Under the pieces are notes generated by a model. That model was not told the origin of the DNA. It searched no databases and was given only the letters and a program-made list of their open reading frames with translations. A stretch of DNA of 64,000 bases, from positions 5,160 to 69,159 of the forward strand of contig CACZFH010000014.1 in NCBI GenBank assembly GCA_902780395.1. Direction: 5' to 3'. This stretch comes from an uncultured Erysipelotrichaceae bacterium. GTDB lineage: Bacteria; Bacillota_I; Bacilli_A; RF39; UBA660. The stretch's first letter is position 1. Each line of letters starts with the position of its first letter. Positions 8,457 through 19,220 of this stretch are shown one piece after another. Both the position numbers and the translations under genes were made by a program.

Positions 8457-9806
8457 ATGGGAATTTTTAGTGGCATATTTAGGTCGAGGGATGCACCTAA
8501 AGATAGAACGCCAGGAAGTAACTATAGCTTTTTTATGGGAGGATCAACAAGTGGCAAGAGAGTAAATGAACGCTCTGCTATGCAAATGACTGCAGTTTAT
8601 AGCTGTGTGAGAATTTTGTCGGAGGCAGTAGCTAGTTTGCCATTGCATTTCTACAAGTATGATGAAAACGGAAGTAAAAAGAAAGCAATAGAACATCCAT
8701 TGTATTTTCTATTGCATGATGAACCTAATCCAGAGATGACGTCTTTTGTGTTTAGAGAAACACTTATGACTCATCTTTTATTATGGGGTAATGCATATGC
8801 ACAAATCATAAGAAATGGAAAAGGCGAAATCATAGCATTGTATCCACTTATGCCAGATAGAATGACAGTTAATAGAGATGAAAAGGGAAAATTATACTAC
8901 GAATATTTAACAAGTACAGATGAGGCTCCAATCAATAAAGGTGTAACAGTTAGACTTAGTGCAACGGATGTCCTACATATTCCTGGATTAGGATTTGATG
9001 GACTGGTTGGGTATTCTCCAATTGCAATGGCTAAAAATGCGATTGGTCTTGCAATAGCAGCAGAAGAATATGGTAGCAAGTTTTATGCGAATGGTGCTGC
9101 ACCTAGTGGTGTGTTAGAACATCCAGGAACATTAAAAGATCCTACCAAAGTAAGAGAAAGTTGGAATGAAACTTTTGGAGGCAGTCAAAATTCTCACAAA
9201 GTAGCTGTACTTGAAGAAGGTATGAAATATACTCCTATTTCTATTTCTCCAAATGAAGCTCAATTTTTAGAAACTCGTAAATTTCAAATAAATGAGATAG
9301 CTCGAATTTTTAGAGTCCCACCACATATGGTTGGTGACCTTGAAAAGTCGAGTTTTTCTAATATAGAGCAACAATCGTTGGAGTTTGTGAAATATACACT
9401 TGACCCTTGGGTTTCAAGATGGGAGCAAACACTTATAAGGTCGTTATTAACTAAAGAGGAAAAGAAAAAATATTTTATTAAGTTTAATGTTGATGGCTTA
9501 CTTCGTGGAGATTATCAAAGCAGAATGAGTGGATATAGCATTGGTATACAAAATGGATTCATGTCACCAAATGATGTAAGAGAACTTGAAAACCTAGATT
9601 TAATTCCAGATGAAGAAGGTGGAAACACATACATGGTAAACGGAAACATGATGCCAATCACTGAAGTAGGTGCAGCATATAGACCTAAAGGAGAGGAGGA
9701 AAAAAATGAAGAAGTTTTGGAATTGGAAGAACAAAACGATAACAAATCAGGAAACCGAAACTCAAAGTCAAGAAAGAATACTGTTTCTAAATGGAACAAT
9801 AGCTGA
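8457..9806 (+). CDS. Portal protein (HK97 family)
   Basis: About 450 aa directly after TerL, with a typical HK97 portal pattern (WGNAYAQI, FRVPPHMVGD). Confidence 0.85.
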   Translation: MGIFSGIFRSRDAPKDRTPGSNYSFFMGGSTSGKRVNERSAMQMTAVYSCVRILSEAVASLPLHFYKYDENGSKKKAIEHPLYFLLHDEPNPEMTSFVFRETLMTHLLLWGNAYAQIIRNGKGEIIALYPLMPDRMTVNRDEKGKLYYEYLTSTDEAPINKGVTVRLSATDVLHIPGLGFDGLVGYSPIAMAKNAIGLAIAAEEYGSKFYANGAAPSGVLEHPGTLKDPTKVRESWNETFGGSQNSHKVAVLEEGMKYTPISISPNEAQFLETRKFQINEIARIFRVPPHMVGDLEKSSFSNIEQQSLEFVKYTLDPWVSRWEQTLIRSLLTKEEKKKYFIKFNVDGLLRGDYQSRMSGYSIGIQNGFMSPNDVRELENLDLIPDEEGGNTYMVNGNMMPITEVGAAYRPKGEEEKNEEVLELEEQNDNKSGNRNSKSRKNTVSKWNNS

Positions 9807-10449
9807 AGAGTCATGGTTCGATGATGAAGTAACACCAGCATTATTTAAAGATGAATTAAATAGTGGTGAGGGAGACATTACCGTATGGATTAATTCTCCA
9901 GGTGGTGACTGCATTGCAGCAGCTCAAATCTACAATATGCTGATGGATTACAAAGGTAACGTAACAGTAAAAATAGATGGAATTGCAGCAAGTGCAGCAT
10001 CAGTAATTGCAATGGCTGGAAACAAAGTAATCGTATCTCCAGTATCAATGATTATGATCCACAATCCTGCAACAATAGCAGCAGGAGATACAGCAGAAAT
10101 GCAAAAAGCCATAGCTATGCTTGATGAAGTTAAGGAATCAATCATCAATGCATATGAAATCAAAACAGGCTTATCAAGAGCAAGGTTATCACATCTTATG
10201 GATGCTGAAACTTGGATGGACGCTAATAGTGCCATTGAACTTGGATTTGCAGATGAAATAATGCAAAGAAACACAGAAGAGGATGAGCTTGAAGTTCCTA
10301 ATGTAAGCATGACGTTTTCTCGTGCATCTGTTACTAACTCATTAATTGAGAAGATGGCAGAAAAGTGCAAGATAGCACAGAAAACAAAAAATGAAATAGC
10401 ATCAGACAGTTTATTAGAACGTCTGGAATTAATAAGAAATTGGAGGTAA
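9706..10449 (+). CDS. ClpP-like prohead maturation protease
   Basis: INSPGGDCIAAAQIYNML...SAASVIAMAG...IMIHNP is ClpP/S14-like. Start moved to ATG 9706, which has RBS GGAGGA. Confidence 0.85.
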   Translation: MKKFWNWKNKTITNQETETQSQERILFLNGTIAEESWFDDEVTPALFKDELNSGEGDITVWINSPGGDCIAAAQIYNMLMDYKGNVTVKIDGIAASAASVIAMAGNKVIVSPVSMIMIHNPATIAAGDTAEMQKAIAMLDEVKESIINAYEIKTGLSRARLSHLMDAETWMDANSAIELGFADEIMQRNTEEDELEVPNVSMTFSRASVTNSLIEKMAEKCKIAQKTKNEIASDSLLERLELIRNWR

Positions 10450-10454
10450 TAAAA

Positions 10455-11615
10455 ATGACTATTTTAGAATTAAGAGAAGCTAGAAATAAAGCTTGGGAAG
10501 GTGCTAAAGCCTTCGTAGAAAGTAAAAGAGATAAGGACGGACTTCTTTCAAAAGAAGATGCCGAAACTTATAACGCTATGGAAGAAAAAATAAAAAACTA
10601 TAGCAAAGAAATAGAAAGAATGGAGGAAATGGAAAACATGGAAAACGAATTAAATAAACCTGTTAATAGTCCAATCGTTACAAAGCCTTTAAAAGCAGAT
10701 AACGAAGTAAAAACAGGAAGAGCCTCAAATGAATATAAAGAGGCAATGTTAAATGCATTACGTTCAAACTTTAGACAAGTATCAAACGTATTACAAGAAG
10801 GTGTAGATGCTGATGGTGGTTATTTAGTACCAGATGAATATGACACAAGATTAATCCAAAAATTAGAAGATAATAATGTGGTTCGTGCATTAGCTACAAA
10901 GATTAAAACAAGTGGAGAACACAAAATCAATATAGCAAGTACAACACCTGCCGCAGCTTGGATTGAAGAAGGTGGAACACTAACATTTGGTGACGCTAAA
11001 TTCGAGCAAAAAATACTAGATGCCCACAAATTACACGTAGCTGTTAAAGTTACAGAAGAATTATTATATGATAACGCATTCGGTTTAGAGAATTTCTTGA
11101 TTGATAGCTTTGGTAAAGCAATCGGAAATGCTGAAGAGAATGCGTTTTTAAATGGTACAGGGAATGGACAACCAACTGGTATCTTTGCTGAAAATGGTGG
11201 TGGAACATACATCACAACAGAGGCAACAGAGGGAGATGCAATTATTGAACTTGTATACAGCTTAAAGAGAGCTTATAGAAAAAATGCTGCATTTATCTTA
11301 AATGACAAAATGATAGCAAAAATTAGAACATACAAGGATCATAACGGTGCTTATATGTGGCAACCATCATTAATTGCAGGAGAACCAGATAAATTATTAG
11401 GTTACCCTGTATATACATCTCAATATGCACCAGAAGACTCAATCGCATTTGGTGACTTTAGTTATTACAACATTGGTGATAGAGGTGCAAGATCATTCAA
11501 ACAACTTACAGAATTATTCGCTGGTAACGGAATGATTGGTTATGTTGCAAAAGAAAGAGTTGATGGAATTTTAGTACTTCCAGAAGCTGTACAAATCTTA
11601 AAAATTGAAGAATAG
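10455..11615 (+). CDS. Major capsid protein (HK97 family)
   Basis: N-terminal coiled-coil delta domain followed by ...GGYLVPDEY...EENAFLNGTGNGQPTGI. It follows the protease. ATG 10455 has RBS GGAGG. Confidence 0.85.
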   Translation: MTILELREARNKAWEGAKAFVESKRDKDGLLSKEDAETYNAMEEKIKNYSKEIERMEEMENMENELNKPVNSPIVTKPLKADNEVKTGRASNEYKEAMLNALRSNFRQVSNVLQEGVDADGGYLVPDEYDTRLIQKLEDNNVVRALATKIKTSGEHKINIASTTPAAAWIEEGGTLTFGDAKFEQKILDAHKLHVAVKVTEELLYDNAFGLENFLIDSFGKAIGNAEENAFLNGTGNGQPTGIFAENGGGTYITTEATEGDAIIELVYSLKRAYRKNAAFILNDKMIAKIRTYKDHNGAYMWQPSLIAGEPDKLLGYPVYTSQYAPEDSIAFGDFSYYNIGDRGARSFKQLTELFAGNGMIGYVAKERVDGILVLPEAVQILKIEE

Positions 11616-11645
11616 TCTTCAAAATAATAAAGGAGGTAAATAGCA

Positions 11646-11960
11646 GTGATTGAAGAGTTATTAACTAAAGTAAAACAAAATCTTATATTAGAACATTCAG
11701 TAGATGATGAATTACTAATACAATTCATCACTGCTGCAATCTCTTATGCAGAAAGCTATCAGCATATAGAAGAAGGATACTATCAAGAAAATGCAATGTC
11801 AGAAACAACAAAACAAGCAATTATTATGCTTGTTAGTCATTTCTATGAAAGTAGGGATGGTTCAACAGGTGGTTTCTTTGCTGACAATGTAAATGCATCA
11901 AGCCAAGTATGGAACACAGTAAATCTACTATTAAGACTTAATAGAGATTGGAAGGTGTAG
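11646..11960 (+). CDS. Head-tail connector (gp6-like, Phage_connect_1)
   Basis: About 100 aa after the capsid gene, GTG start with RBS AGGAGG, typical pattern ...ISYAESY...LVSHFYESR. Confidence 0.6.
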   Translation: MIEELLTKVKQNLILEHSVDDELLIQFITAAISYAESYQHIEEGYYQENAMSETTKQAIIMLVSHFYESRDGSTGGFFADNVNASSQVWNTVNLLLRLNRDWKV

Positions 11961-11963
11961 TTC

Positions 11964-12296
11964 ATGAGCTTTGGTAAAATGAATAAATTTATTGAAATAA
12001 AAAGTATCCAAAATGTAAAAGATGAAGATGGTTTTTCAACAAAACAAGAAATAACAGTTGCAAGAGTTAGAGGATATAGAGAGGGAAGACACGGAAGTGA
12101 AAAGTGGGCAAATAGAACTACTTTTACTGAAGCAACTGACCTCTTTATTATTCGTTCTATTCCAGGAACAAAACTCTCAACTGATATGACTATTTTGTGT
12201 GATGATGAGAACTTTGAAATTACTTCAATTGAGGATGTTAAAGGAAAAAATATGTATATTGAAATCCTAGCAAAGAAGGTGATTCAAAATGGCTAA
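11964..12296 (+). CDS. Head closure / head-tail adaptor protein (SPP1 gp16-like)
   Basis: Size and position in the connector module. Confidence 0.55.
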   Translation: MSFGKMNKFIEIKSIQNVKDEDGFSTKQEITVARVRGYREGRHGSEKWANRTTFTEATDLFIIRSIPGTKLSTDMTILCDDENFEITSIEDVKGKNMYIEILAKKVIQNG

Positions 12297-12720
12297 GGCT
12301 TATGTGCAATTACCTGAAGAATATCTACAAAAATTATCAAAGCTTGGAAATAAGACTGATGAAATTTGTGAAAAGATGTTGAAAGCTGGAGGAGAGGTAG
12401 TTCTTTCAAAAGTAAAAAGCAATTTAAGTTCAGTAGTGGGTAGTGGCACAAAATACAAATCAAGATCCACAGGAGAGCTTGAAGGAGCATTGGGACTATC
12501 AGAAGTAAGGCTGGACAGGAATGGAAATTACAATATTAAAGTTGGGTTTGCTGAAACAAGAAGAGATGGAACTAGCAACGCAAAATTAGCCAATATTATT
12601 GAATATGGAAAATCAGGTCAAGTTGCAAAACCATTTATGAAACCTGCAAAAGCATCATCAAAAGCAAAATGCATAGAAGTAATGAAATCAACATTTGATA
12701 AGGAGGTAAACAACATATGA
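12289..12720 (+). CDS. HK97 gp10-family tail-attachment protein
   Basis: Position, plus LANIIEYGKSGQVAKPFMKPA, which is typical of the gp10 family. Confidence 0.6.
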   Translation: MAKAYVQLPEEYLQKLSKLGNKTDEICEKMLKAGGEVVLSKVKSNLSSVVGSGTKYKSRSTGELEGALGLSEVRLDRNGNYNIKVGFAETRRDGTSNAKLANIIEYGKSGQVAKPFMKPAKASSKAKCIEVMKSTFDKEVNNI

Positions 12721-13061
12721 CAGTATTGTCCGAATTAAATACACTTTTGAGTGATATGTCGATACAAACTGAAACAGCTAAATTAAGCGACAAAGCATTA
12801 GATGAGTATGTTGTTTTAGTTCCTATATCAGATAACTTTTCATTATTCTGTGATGATAAACCAAAGTATGAAACATCAGAAGTTAGACTATCTATATTTA
12901 CAAAAGGAAACTATATGCAATTAAAAAAGAGAATCGTAAATGGATTATTAAATAACAATTTTACGATAACAGATAAACGATATGTTGAATATGAAAACGA
13001 TACAGGGTTTCATCATTACAACATAGACGTAGCAAAATATTATGAAATGGAGGAAATATAA
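12717..13061 (+). CDS. Putative tail completion/terminator protein
   Basis: Called by position only, between the gp10-like gene and the major tail protein. Confidence 0.4.
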   Translation: MTVLSELNTLLSDMSIQTETAKLSDKALDEYVVLVPISDNFSLFCDDKPKYETSEVRLSIFTKGNYMQLKKRIVNGLLNNNFTITDKRYVEYENDTGFHHYNIDVAKYYEMEEI

Positions 13062-13685
13062 ATGGCTACAATAGGTTTAGATAAATTATATTATTCAAAA
13101 ATTACTGAAGATGCATCTGGTAATGAAACATATGGAACACCAACTATTCTTGCAAAAGCTATATCTGCAGAACTTTCTGTTGAACTTGCAGAGGCAACTC
13201 TTTATGCAGATGATGTTGCAGCAGAAATAGTAAAGGAATTTAAAAGTGGTACTTTAACACTAGGTGTTGATGATATTGGAATTAATGTAGCATCAGAATT
13301 AACTGGAGCTCAAATAGATATCAATAATGTTTTAATATCAGGTGGTCAAGATGCTGGAAGCCCAGTTGCTATTGGATTTAGAGCAAAAAAATCAAATGGT
13401 AAATATAAATATTACTGGCTTTATAGAGTTAAGTTTGGAATACCTGCAGCAAGTCTTGCAACAAAAGGTGATTCAATCACATTCTCTACGCCATCTATTG
13501 AAGGTACAGTACTTTGTAGAAATAAACCAGATAGCAATGGAAAGCATCCTTGGAAAGCTGAAGTTACTGAAGGTGACACAGGTGTAAGCGATGCAACTAT
13601 TACTGGTTGGTATGATGCTGTATATGAACCAACATATACAAGAAACAGTACAAAAACAACTACAACAACTACTGGCGATAAATAA
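13062..13685 (+). CDS. Major tail protein (phi13 family)
   Basis: MATIGLDKLYY...TYGTP...AISA...ATLYADD pattern, about 200 aa, immediately before the chaperone pair. Confidence 0.75.
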   Translation: MATIGLDKLYYSKITEDASGNETYGTPTILAKAISAELSVELAEATLYADDVAAEIVKEFKSGTLTLGVDDIGINVASELTGAQIDINNVLISGGQDAGSPVAIGFRAKKSNGKYKYYWLYRVKFGIPAASLATKGDSITFSTPSIEGTVLCRNKPDSNGKHPWKAEVTEGDTGVSDATITGWYDAVYEPTYTRNSTKTTTTTTGDK

Positions 13686-13699
13686 AATGGAGGTAAGTC

Positions 13700-14083
13700 A
13701 TGGAAACTGAAAGAGTAAGTAAGATTAAAGTTGGTGATAAAGAGTATGAGTTAATCTTAACAACAAAAGCAACAAAGGAAATAGCTGGAAGATATGGTGG
13801 TTTAGAAAATTTAGGAGATAAACTAATGAAAGCTGAAAACTTTGAAATGGCTCTTGGAGAAATAGTATGGCTTATATGTCTTTTAGCAAATCAGTCAATT
13901 TTAATTCATAACTTTAAAAATAAAGATAATCAAAAAGAGTTATTAACTGAAGAAGAAGTTGAAGTCTTAACAACTCCGTTTGATTTAGCAGATTATAAAC
14001 AAGCTATAACAGATTGTTTATATAAAGGAACAAAAAGAAATATAGAAAGTGAAGAAAATTCAAAAAACGTGGAAGTCGAGTAA
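13700..14083 (+). CDS. Tail assembly chaperone (gpG analogue)
   Basis: Small acidic protein between the major tail and tape measure genes, ending just after a slippery heptamer. Confidence 0.7.
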   Translation: METERVSKIKVGDKEYELILTTKATKEIAGRYGGLENLGDKLMKAENFEMALGEIVWLICLLANQSILIHNFKNKDNQKELLTEEEVEVLTTPFDLADYKQAITDCLYKGTKRNIESEENSKNVEVE

Positions 14084-14271
14084 GTGATGAAGAATTATTT
14101 ACTCGACTTTTATATTATGGTTTAGCTCATTTAAATCTATCTTATGAAGAGGTATGGCTTATGCCTTTTGGATTACTACTAGATTTATGGGAATGCCATA
14201 GACAATTTAATGGAATAGCTAAACCAAAGAGAGAAGTCTTTATAGACGATATTATTCCAGATGGGATTTAA
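13700..14271 (+). CDS. Tail assembly chaperone -1 frameshift fusion product (gpGT analogue)
   Basis: The -1 frame after the heptamer reads KKRGSRVSDEELFTRLLYYGLAHLNLSYEEVWLMPFGLLLDLWECHRQFNGIAKPKREVFIDDIIPDGI with no independent start or RBS. Confidence 0.65.
14062..14068 (+). promoter_or_regulatory. A_AAA_AAC -1 programmed ribosomal frameshift slippery heptamer
   Basis: The heptamer is in X_XXY_YYZ phase with the 13700 frame. The -1 frame is open from 14068 to TAA at 14269-14271. Confidence 0.7.
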
Positions 14272-14285
14272 GGAGGTGAGTTATA

Positions 14286-16865
14286 ATGGCAGATAATTTC
14301 GGATTGAAGATAGGTGTCGAAGGAGAAAAGGAGTTCAAGAGTGCTCTTTATAGTATTAACCAAAGTTTCAAAGTTCTAGGATCTGAAATGAAGGTAGTTG
14401 AATCCCAATTTAGTAAAAACGATACTTCTATACAATCATTAACAGCTAAAAACCAAGTGTTAAATAAAGAAATAGATGCACAAAAACAAAAAATAGAATT
14501 ATTAAAAAATGCCTTAAATAACTCTTCCGAGTCTTTTGGAGAAAATGATAAAAGAACTCAAGAATGGCAGATTAAATTAAATAATGCTACTGCTGAATTA
14601 AATTCTATGGAAAAAGAGTTGAAAACCAATGAGGCTGCACTTGATAGTGCTGGAACTGAAATGGATGATGTATCTAAAAGTGCAGATAAGATGGGAAATG
14701 ACATAGATGATGCAGGAAACAAAGCTGAAAATAGCAATGGCAAGTTTGAAAAGCTAGGATCAGTCTTAAAAGGAATAGGTGCAACGATGGGAGCAGTAGC
14801 TGTTGCGGCAGGAGCTGCGGCAGTTGCTCTAGCATCTAAAGTTGTATCAGCTTATGCAGAATTTGAACAGCTTGAAGGTGGTGTTAAAACCTTATTTGGT
14901 ACAGAGGCATCTTCAGTTGAAGAATATGCAGCAAGTGTTGGTAAAAGTGTAGGAGAAGTTGAAGGAAAATATAACTCACTTCTTGCAGCACAAAAACAAG
15001 TCTTTAATGACGCCAACAATGCTTATAAAACAGCAGGTCTTTCTGCAAATGAATATATGAGTACAGTTACTTCATTTAGTGCTAGTTTAATATCATCATT
15101 AAATGGAGATACCGAGGCAGCAGCAAGAGCAGCAAATCAAGCTATAGTTGATATGTCAGATAACGCTAATAAGATGGGTACTGATATGTCTTTAATTCAA
15201 AGTGCATACCAAGGTTTCGCAAAGCAGAATTATACAATGTTGGATAACTTAAAATTAGGTTATGGTGGTACTAAAACTGAAATGGAAAGGTTATTGAAAG
15301 ATGCCGAAAAAATCAGTGGTGTTAAATATGACATTTCTAACTTAAATGATGTATATTCTGCAATCCATGTTATTCAAACTGAAATGGGAATAACAGGTAC
15401 TACAGCGGCAGAGGCTGAAAAGACAATATCAGGTTCAGCAAATGCTATGAAGAGTGCGTTTGAAAACTTAATAACTGGATTTGGTAATGCCGATGCAGAT
15501 ATGCAAGTCTTGGTTAAAAACCTAGCTGATTCATTAAATACTGTTATTAAAAATATAACTCCAGTTTTAAATAATATAGTATCAGTCTTACCAACAGTTC
15601 TTGATGCTCTTTTAGGTGCAATAGGTCAAATGTTGCCAACCTTATTAGAGGCAGTCACAGAACTTTTTTCAAGTTTACTTGAAACAATATTAAATTTAAT
15701 TCCAGAGCTTATTCCAACAGTAGTTACGGCATTAACCACAATAATAGAAACATTAGTGGAAAACCTACCTTTATTGATGGATGCAATTGTTGTTATTTTC
15801 ACTTCTTTGATTGAAGGAATAGGAGAATTATTGCCTACATTAATTCCAACTGCAGTAGAGGCGATTATTACAATTGTTAATGGTTTGATTGAAAACCTAC
15901 CTATGCTTTTAAATGCCGCACTTCAATTAATAATGGGATTAGCACAAGGTTTAATCACAGCACTTCCAGTTCTTATTGCAGCACTTCCTGAAATAATAAA
16001 TGGTATTGTTACTTTCCTACTAAATTCAATACCACAAATAATCCAAACAGGAATAGAACTTCTTACATCATTAATTGCTGCATTGCCAGACATTATAACA
16101 ACAATAGTTGAGGCAATACCACAAATAATTGATGGGCTACTTAATGCATTATTGGATTCAATACCACTTATTATTCAAGCAGGTATTGATTTGCTTATTG
16201 CACTTATACAAGCACTTCCTCAAATTATAACAACCATAGTAAACGCTATACCAAAAATAATAACTGGAATAGTTAATGCTTTAATTGGAAACATCGATAA
16301 AATTATAATGGCAGGAGTTCAGTTATTTGTAGCATTGATTAAGAACTTGCCTACAATCATTGTAGAAATAGTAAAAGCAGTACCACAAATCGTATCTGCT
16401 TTAGTTAATGGATTTAAAAATGGTATAGGATCATTAGCAGAAGTAGGTAAAAATTTAATTCAAGGTTTATGGAATGGTATCAATAATGCTAAAGATTGGG
16501 TGCTAGATAAAATCAAAGGCTTTGGTAAATCAATTCTTAATGGTATTAAAAGTTTCTTTGGTATTCATTCTCCATCAAGAGTATTTAGAGATGAGATTGG
16601 TTCAAATCTTGCTTTAGGTTTAGGAGAAGGTTTCACTCAAGAAATGAATAGTGTGTCTGATATGATGGAAGATGCAATTCCTACTGATTTCAATATTGGT
16701 ATGAATGCCGATGTTGATAGTATTGGAATGAATGTTGATTCATATTCAAAAGATAGTTTAGTTAGTGCTTTTCAACAAGCCCTAAATGGAATGAGCATAA
16801 AAATATCAGAAGATGTCTTTGGAGAATTGGTAATAGATAATGTAGAAAGGGCGGTGTATGGATAA
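14286..16865 (+). CDS. Tape measure protein
   Basis: 859 aa with an N-terminal coiled coil. A long internal array of LPxIIxxIVxAIPxII-type helical repeats spans about 15.55-16.45 kb. Confidence 0.9.
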   Translation: MADNFGLKIGVEGEKEFKSALYSINQSFKVLGSEMKVVESQFSKNDTSIQSLTAKNQVLNKEIDAQKQKIELLKNALNNSSESFGENDKRTQEWQIKLNNATAELNSMEKELKTNEAALDSAGTEMDDVSKSADKMGNDIDDAGNKAENSNGKFEKLGSVLKGIGATMGAVAVAAGAAAVALASKVVSAYAEFEQLEGGVKTLFGTEASSVEEYAASVGKSVGEVEGKYNSLLAAQKQVFNDANNAYKTAGLSANEYMSTVTSFSASLISSLNGDTEAAARAANQAIVDMSDNANKMGTDMSLIQSAYQGFAKQNYTMLDNLKLGYGGTKTEMERLLKDAEKISGVKYDISNLNDVYSAIHVIQTEMGITGTTAAEAEKTISGSANAMKSAFENLITGFGNADADMQVLVKNLADSLNTVIKNITPVLNNIVSVLPTVLDALLGAIGQMLPTLLEAVTELFSSLLETILNLIPELIPTVVTALTTIIETLVENLPLLMDAIVVIFTSLIEGIGELLPTLIPTAVEAIITIVNGLIENLPMLLNAALQLIMGLAQGLITALPVLIAALPEIINGIVTFLLNSIPQIIQTGIELLTSLIAALPDIITTIVEAIPQIIDGLLNALLDSIPLIIQAGIDLLIALIQALPQIITTIVNAIPKIITGIVNALIGNIDKIIMAGVQLFVALIKNLPTIIVEIVKAVPQIVSALVNGFKNGIGSLAEVGKNLIQGLWNGINNAKDWVLDKIKGFGKSILNGIKSFFGIHSPSRVFRDEIGSNLALGLGEGFTQEMNSVSDMMEDAIPTDFNIGMNADVDSIGMNVDSYSKDSLVSAFQQALNGMSIKISEDVFGELVIDNVERAVYG

Positions 16866-17563
16866 TGGCAGAAATAATATGGAAGAATAAATCAAGCAGA
16901 GAAATAGAAGGACTTATTATCACTAATACACCTCCAATCACAAAGCCAAAAATGAGAGTAGATAAAATTGAAATTGATGGTAGAGATGGAGACATTATAG
17001 AAAAAGTAGGATATGAAAGCTATACAAAAAATGTAGGAATAGGACTAGCTAGAAACTATGATATTAATGAAGTAATAAAATATTTCACAGGAGATGGAGA
17101 GCTAGTTTTAAGCGATGAACCAGATAAAGTGTATATTGCTAGTATATTTGATGATGTTGATTATGAAAGACTATTACAAGTTAGAAAAGCAACGGTTAAA
17201 TTTCATGTTCAACCATTTAAGTATTTAAAGGATGAAAGTAAGGTTAGTTTAAATATTACTACTCAAACATCAGTGGAAGTTGAGAATCAAGGCTTAGAAG
17301 TTTCTAAGCCTATTTTTATGCTTGAAGGCTCTGGGACAGTTGAAATAGCAGTTAATGGAATAAACATATTCAAATATACATTTCCAAGTGGAGAGTCTAG
17401 AGTAACAATTGATAGTTTAAAGGAAGAGGCATACCTTGAAGGCGTTTATAAAAATAGAAATATGCTTGGAGAATTTCCTAAATTACAAGTAGGTATTAAT
17501 ACTATTTCTTGGACTGGAACTTTAACCAAAATAGAAATCGAACCGAAGTCGAGGTGGTTGTAA
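16865..17563 (+). CDS. Distal tail protein (Dit, Sipho_tail family)
   Basis: About 230 aa immediately after the tape measure gene, overlapping stop/start. Confidence 0.7.
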   Translation: MAEIIWKNKSSREIEGLIITNTPPITKPKMRVDKIEIDGRDGDIIEKVGYESYTKNVGIGLARNYDINEVIKYFTGDGELVLSDEPDKVYIASIFDDVDYERLLQVRKATVKFHVQPFKYLKDESKVSLNITTQTSVEVENQGLEVSKPIFMLEGSGTVEIAVNGINIFKYTFPSGESRVTIDSLKEEAYLEGVYKNRNMLGEFPKLQVGINTISWTGTLTKIEIEPKSRWL

Positions 17564-19209
17564 TGATTAAAGTTTATGATGCAGACGAGAGATTATTTGA
17601 CCACAATGGATTAAAGATATTACATCCAAATAAAGCAGAAGTCTTTATAGAAGATAATGGCGACTACTATATAACTATTGAGTCATCAATCGAGGACTTA
17701 CCATACCTTCAAGAAGGAATGATAGTAAGAGCAAAAACTAGATGGGGAGAGCAAGGATTTAGATTAACTAATCCTGAAAAGAAAAATACAAAGATTTCTG
17801 TTAAAGGATATCATCTTTGGAAAGACTCTCAAAACTATGTGATTGTTGATTCAAATGTAGTTGATAAAGATTGCAACGATGCGTTGGATCATTTAAATAG
17901 TGCTTGTGATGTTGGAACACCATTCACAACAATATCAGATATTACAAGGATTAACTCTACTAGAGTTATTAGAAAAAGTTTAGAAGAGGCAATTGCAATC
18001 GTTGTTGAAAAATGGGGTGGACACTTATATAGAGACAATTGGGTTATTGGAGTAAAAGATACGATAGGAGCAGATAGAGGCATTGTAATTAAATATGGAA
18101 AGAACTCAAAAGATATAGAAGTCAAAGAAAACTGGGACAATGTTGTAACCAAAATACTCCCAGTTGGTTATGATGGAATAACTTTGCCAGAAGTTTATCT
18201 TGAGGCAGCAATGCAATATTCAATTCCTTATACAAAAGTTATTAAATTTGACCAGGATATAAACCAAGATGATTACAAAGATGAAGATGGAAACCTAAAA
18301 GAGGATGAGTATAGAGAAACATTAATATCTGATTTAAGAACTCAAGCAATAGCGTATCTTGAGGAAAATCAGTACTTCAAATGCAATTATAAAGTAAAAG
18401 CTCATATAGAAGGTGTTGTAGATTTAGGAGATGTAATCGTAGTAGAACATGAAAAGCTTGGAATAAAAATAACAACAAATGTAATCTCATTAAAATATGA
18501 TTGTATTCGAGATAAATACACAGAGATAGAGTTTGGTAACTTTAAGACTCAATTAAAGGATCTTGTTAAAGCCATAAAAGGAGATACAAAGGAACAAATA
18601 ACATCAGCAAATGAAGTTGTAAGAGTAACTTTAGAAAATGAACTAAATGAGGCAACCTCTAAAATATGGGGTAAGCTTGGAAACAGCTATGTTATTTATG
18701 AAGGTGATAGGATTTTAGTTGTTGACAGTTTGCCAAAAGAAACAGCTACAAATGTAATGATGATAAATGCTCAAGGTATAGGTTTTTCAAACAATGGTAT
18801 TGATGGAAATTTTAATTCTGCATGGCTTATTGATGGAACATTGGATATGCAAAATATCAATGTTATTAATATGACAGCAAACCAAGTAAAAGGTGGTACT
18901 TTCAAAGTTGGTGCAAGAATTAACGAGGCAGGTAGAATTGAAATCTATGACATTTCAAATAGATTAATAGGAACATTTGATGAAAACGGAATATGCATTT
19001 ATGGACTTGATGGAAGTAGAGTTGTAATTAATCCAGAAGAATTTACAGGTTACGACCATACAGGTGCAAGAGTATTCTGGATGAATGGTGATGAGTTCCA
19101 TATGAAGAAATCAGTAATAGAAGAAGAAATAACATTGTGTGGTCTAGCAAGATGGCTAGGAATAGAAACTACAGATAATACAGGAATTGGTATAGTTCCA
19201 TTAACATAG
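17563..19209 (+). CDS. Tail-associated protein (Tal / prophage endopeptidase-tail family)
   Basis: About 550 aa after Dit. Start at the TAATG overlap at 17563 (MIKVYDADERLFDHNGL). Confidence 0.7.
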   Translation: MIKVYDADERLFDHNGLKILHPNKAEVFIEDNGDYYITIESSIEDLPYLQEGMIVRAKTRWGEQGFRLTNPEKKNTKISVKGYHLWKDSQNYVIVDSNVVDKDCNDALDHLNSACDVGTPFTTISDITRINSTRVIRKSLEEAIAIVVEKWGGHLYRDNWVIGVKDTIGADRGIVIKYGKNSKDIEVKENWDNVVTKILPVGYDGITLPEVYLEAAMQYSIPYTKVIKFDQDINQDDYKDEDGNLKEDEYRETLISDLRTQAIAYLEENQYFKCNYKVKAHIEGVVDLGDVIVVEHEKLGIKITTNVISLKYDCIRDKYTEIEFGNFKTQLKDLVKAIKGDTKEQITSANEVVRVTLENELNEATSKIWGKLGNSYVIYEGDRILVVDSLPKETATNVMMINAQGIGFSNNGIDGNFNSAWLIDGTLDMQNINVINMTANQVKGGTFKVGARINEAGRIEIYDISNRLIGTFDENGICIYGLDGSRVVINPEEFTGYDHTGARVFWMNGDEFHMKKSVIEEEITLCGLARWLGIETTDNTGIGIVPLT

Positions 19210-19220
19210 GAGGTGAGTAG

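Noticed and set aside
15550-16450. Periodic repeat structure that might suggest a repeat array
   Set aside because: It is the in-frame helical repeat region of the tape measure protein, with no spacer/repeat organisation. No CRISPR-like array exists anywhere in the window.
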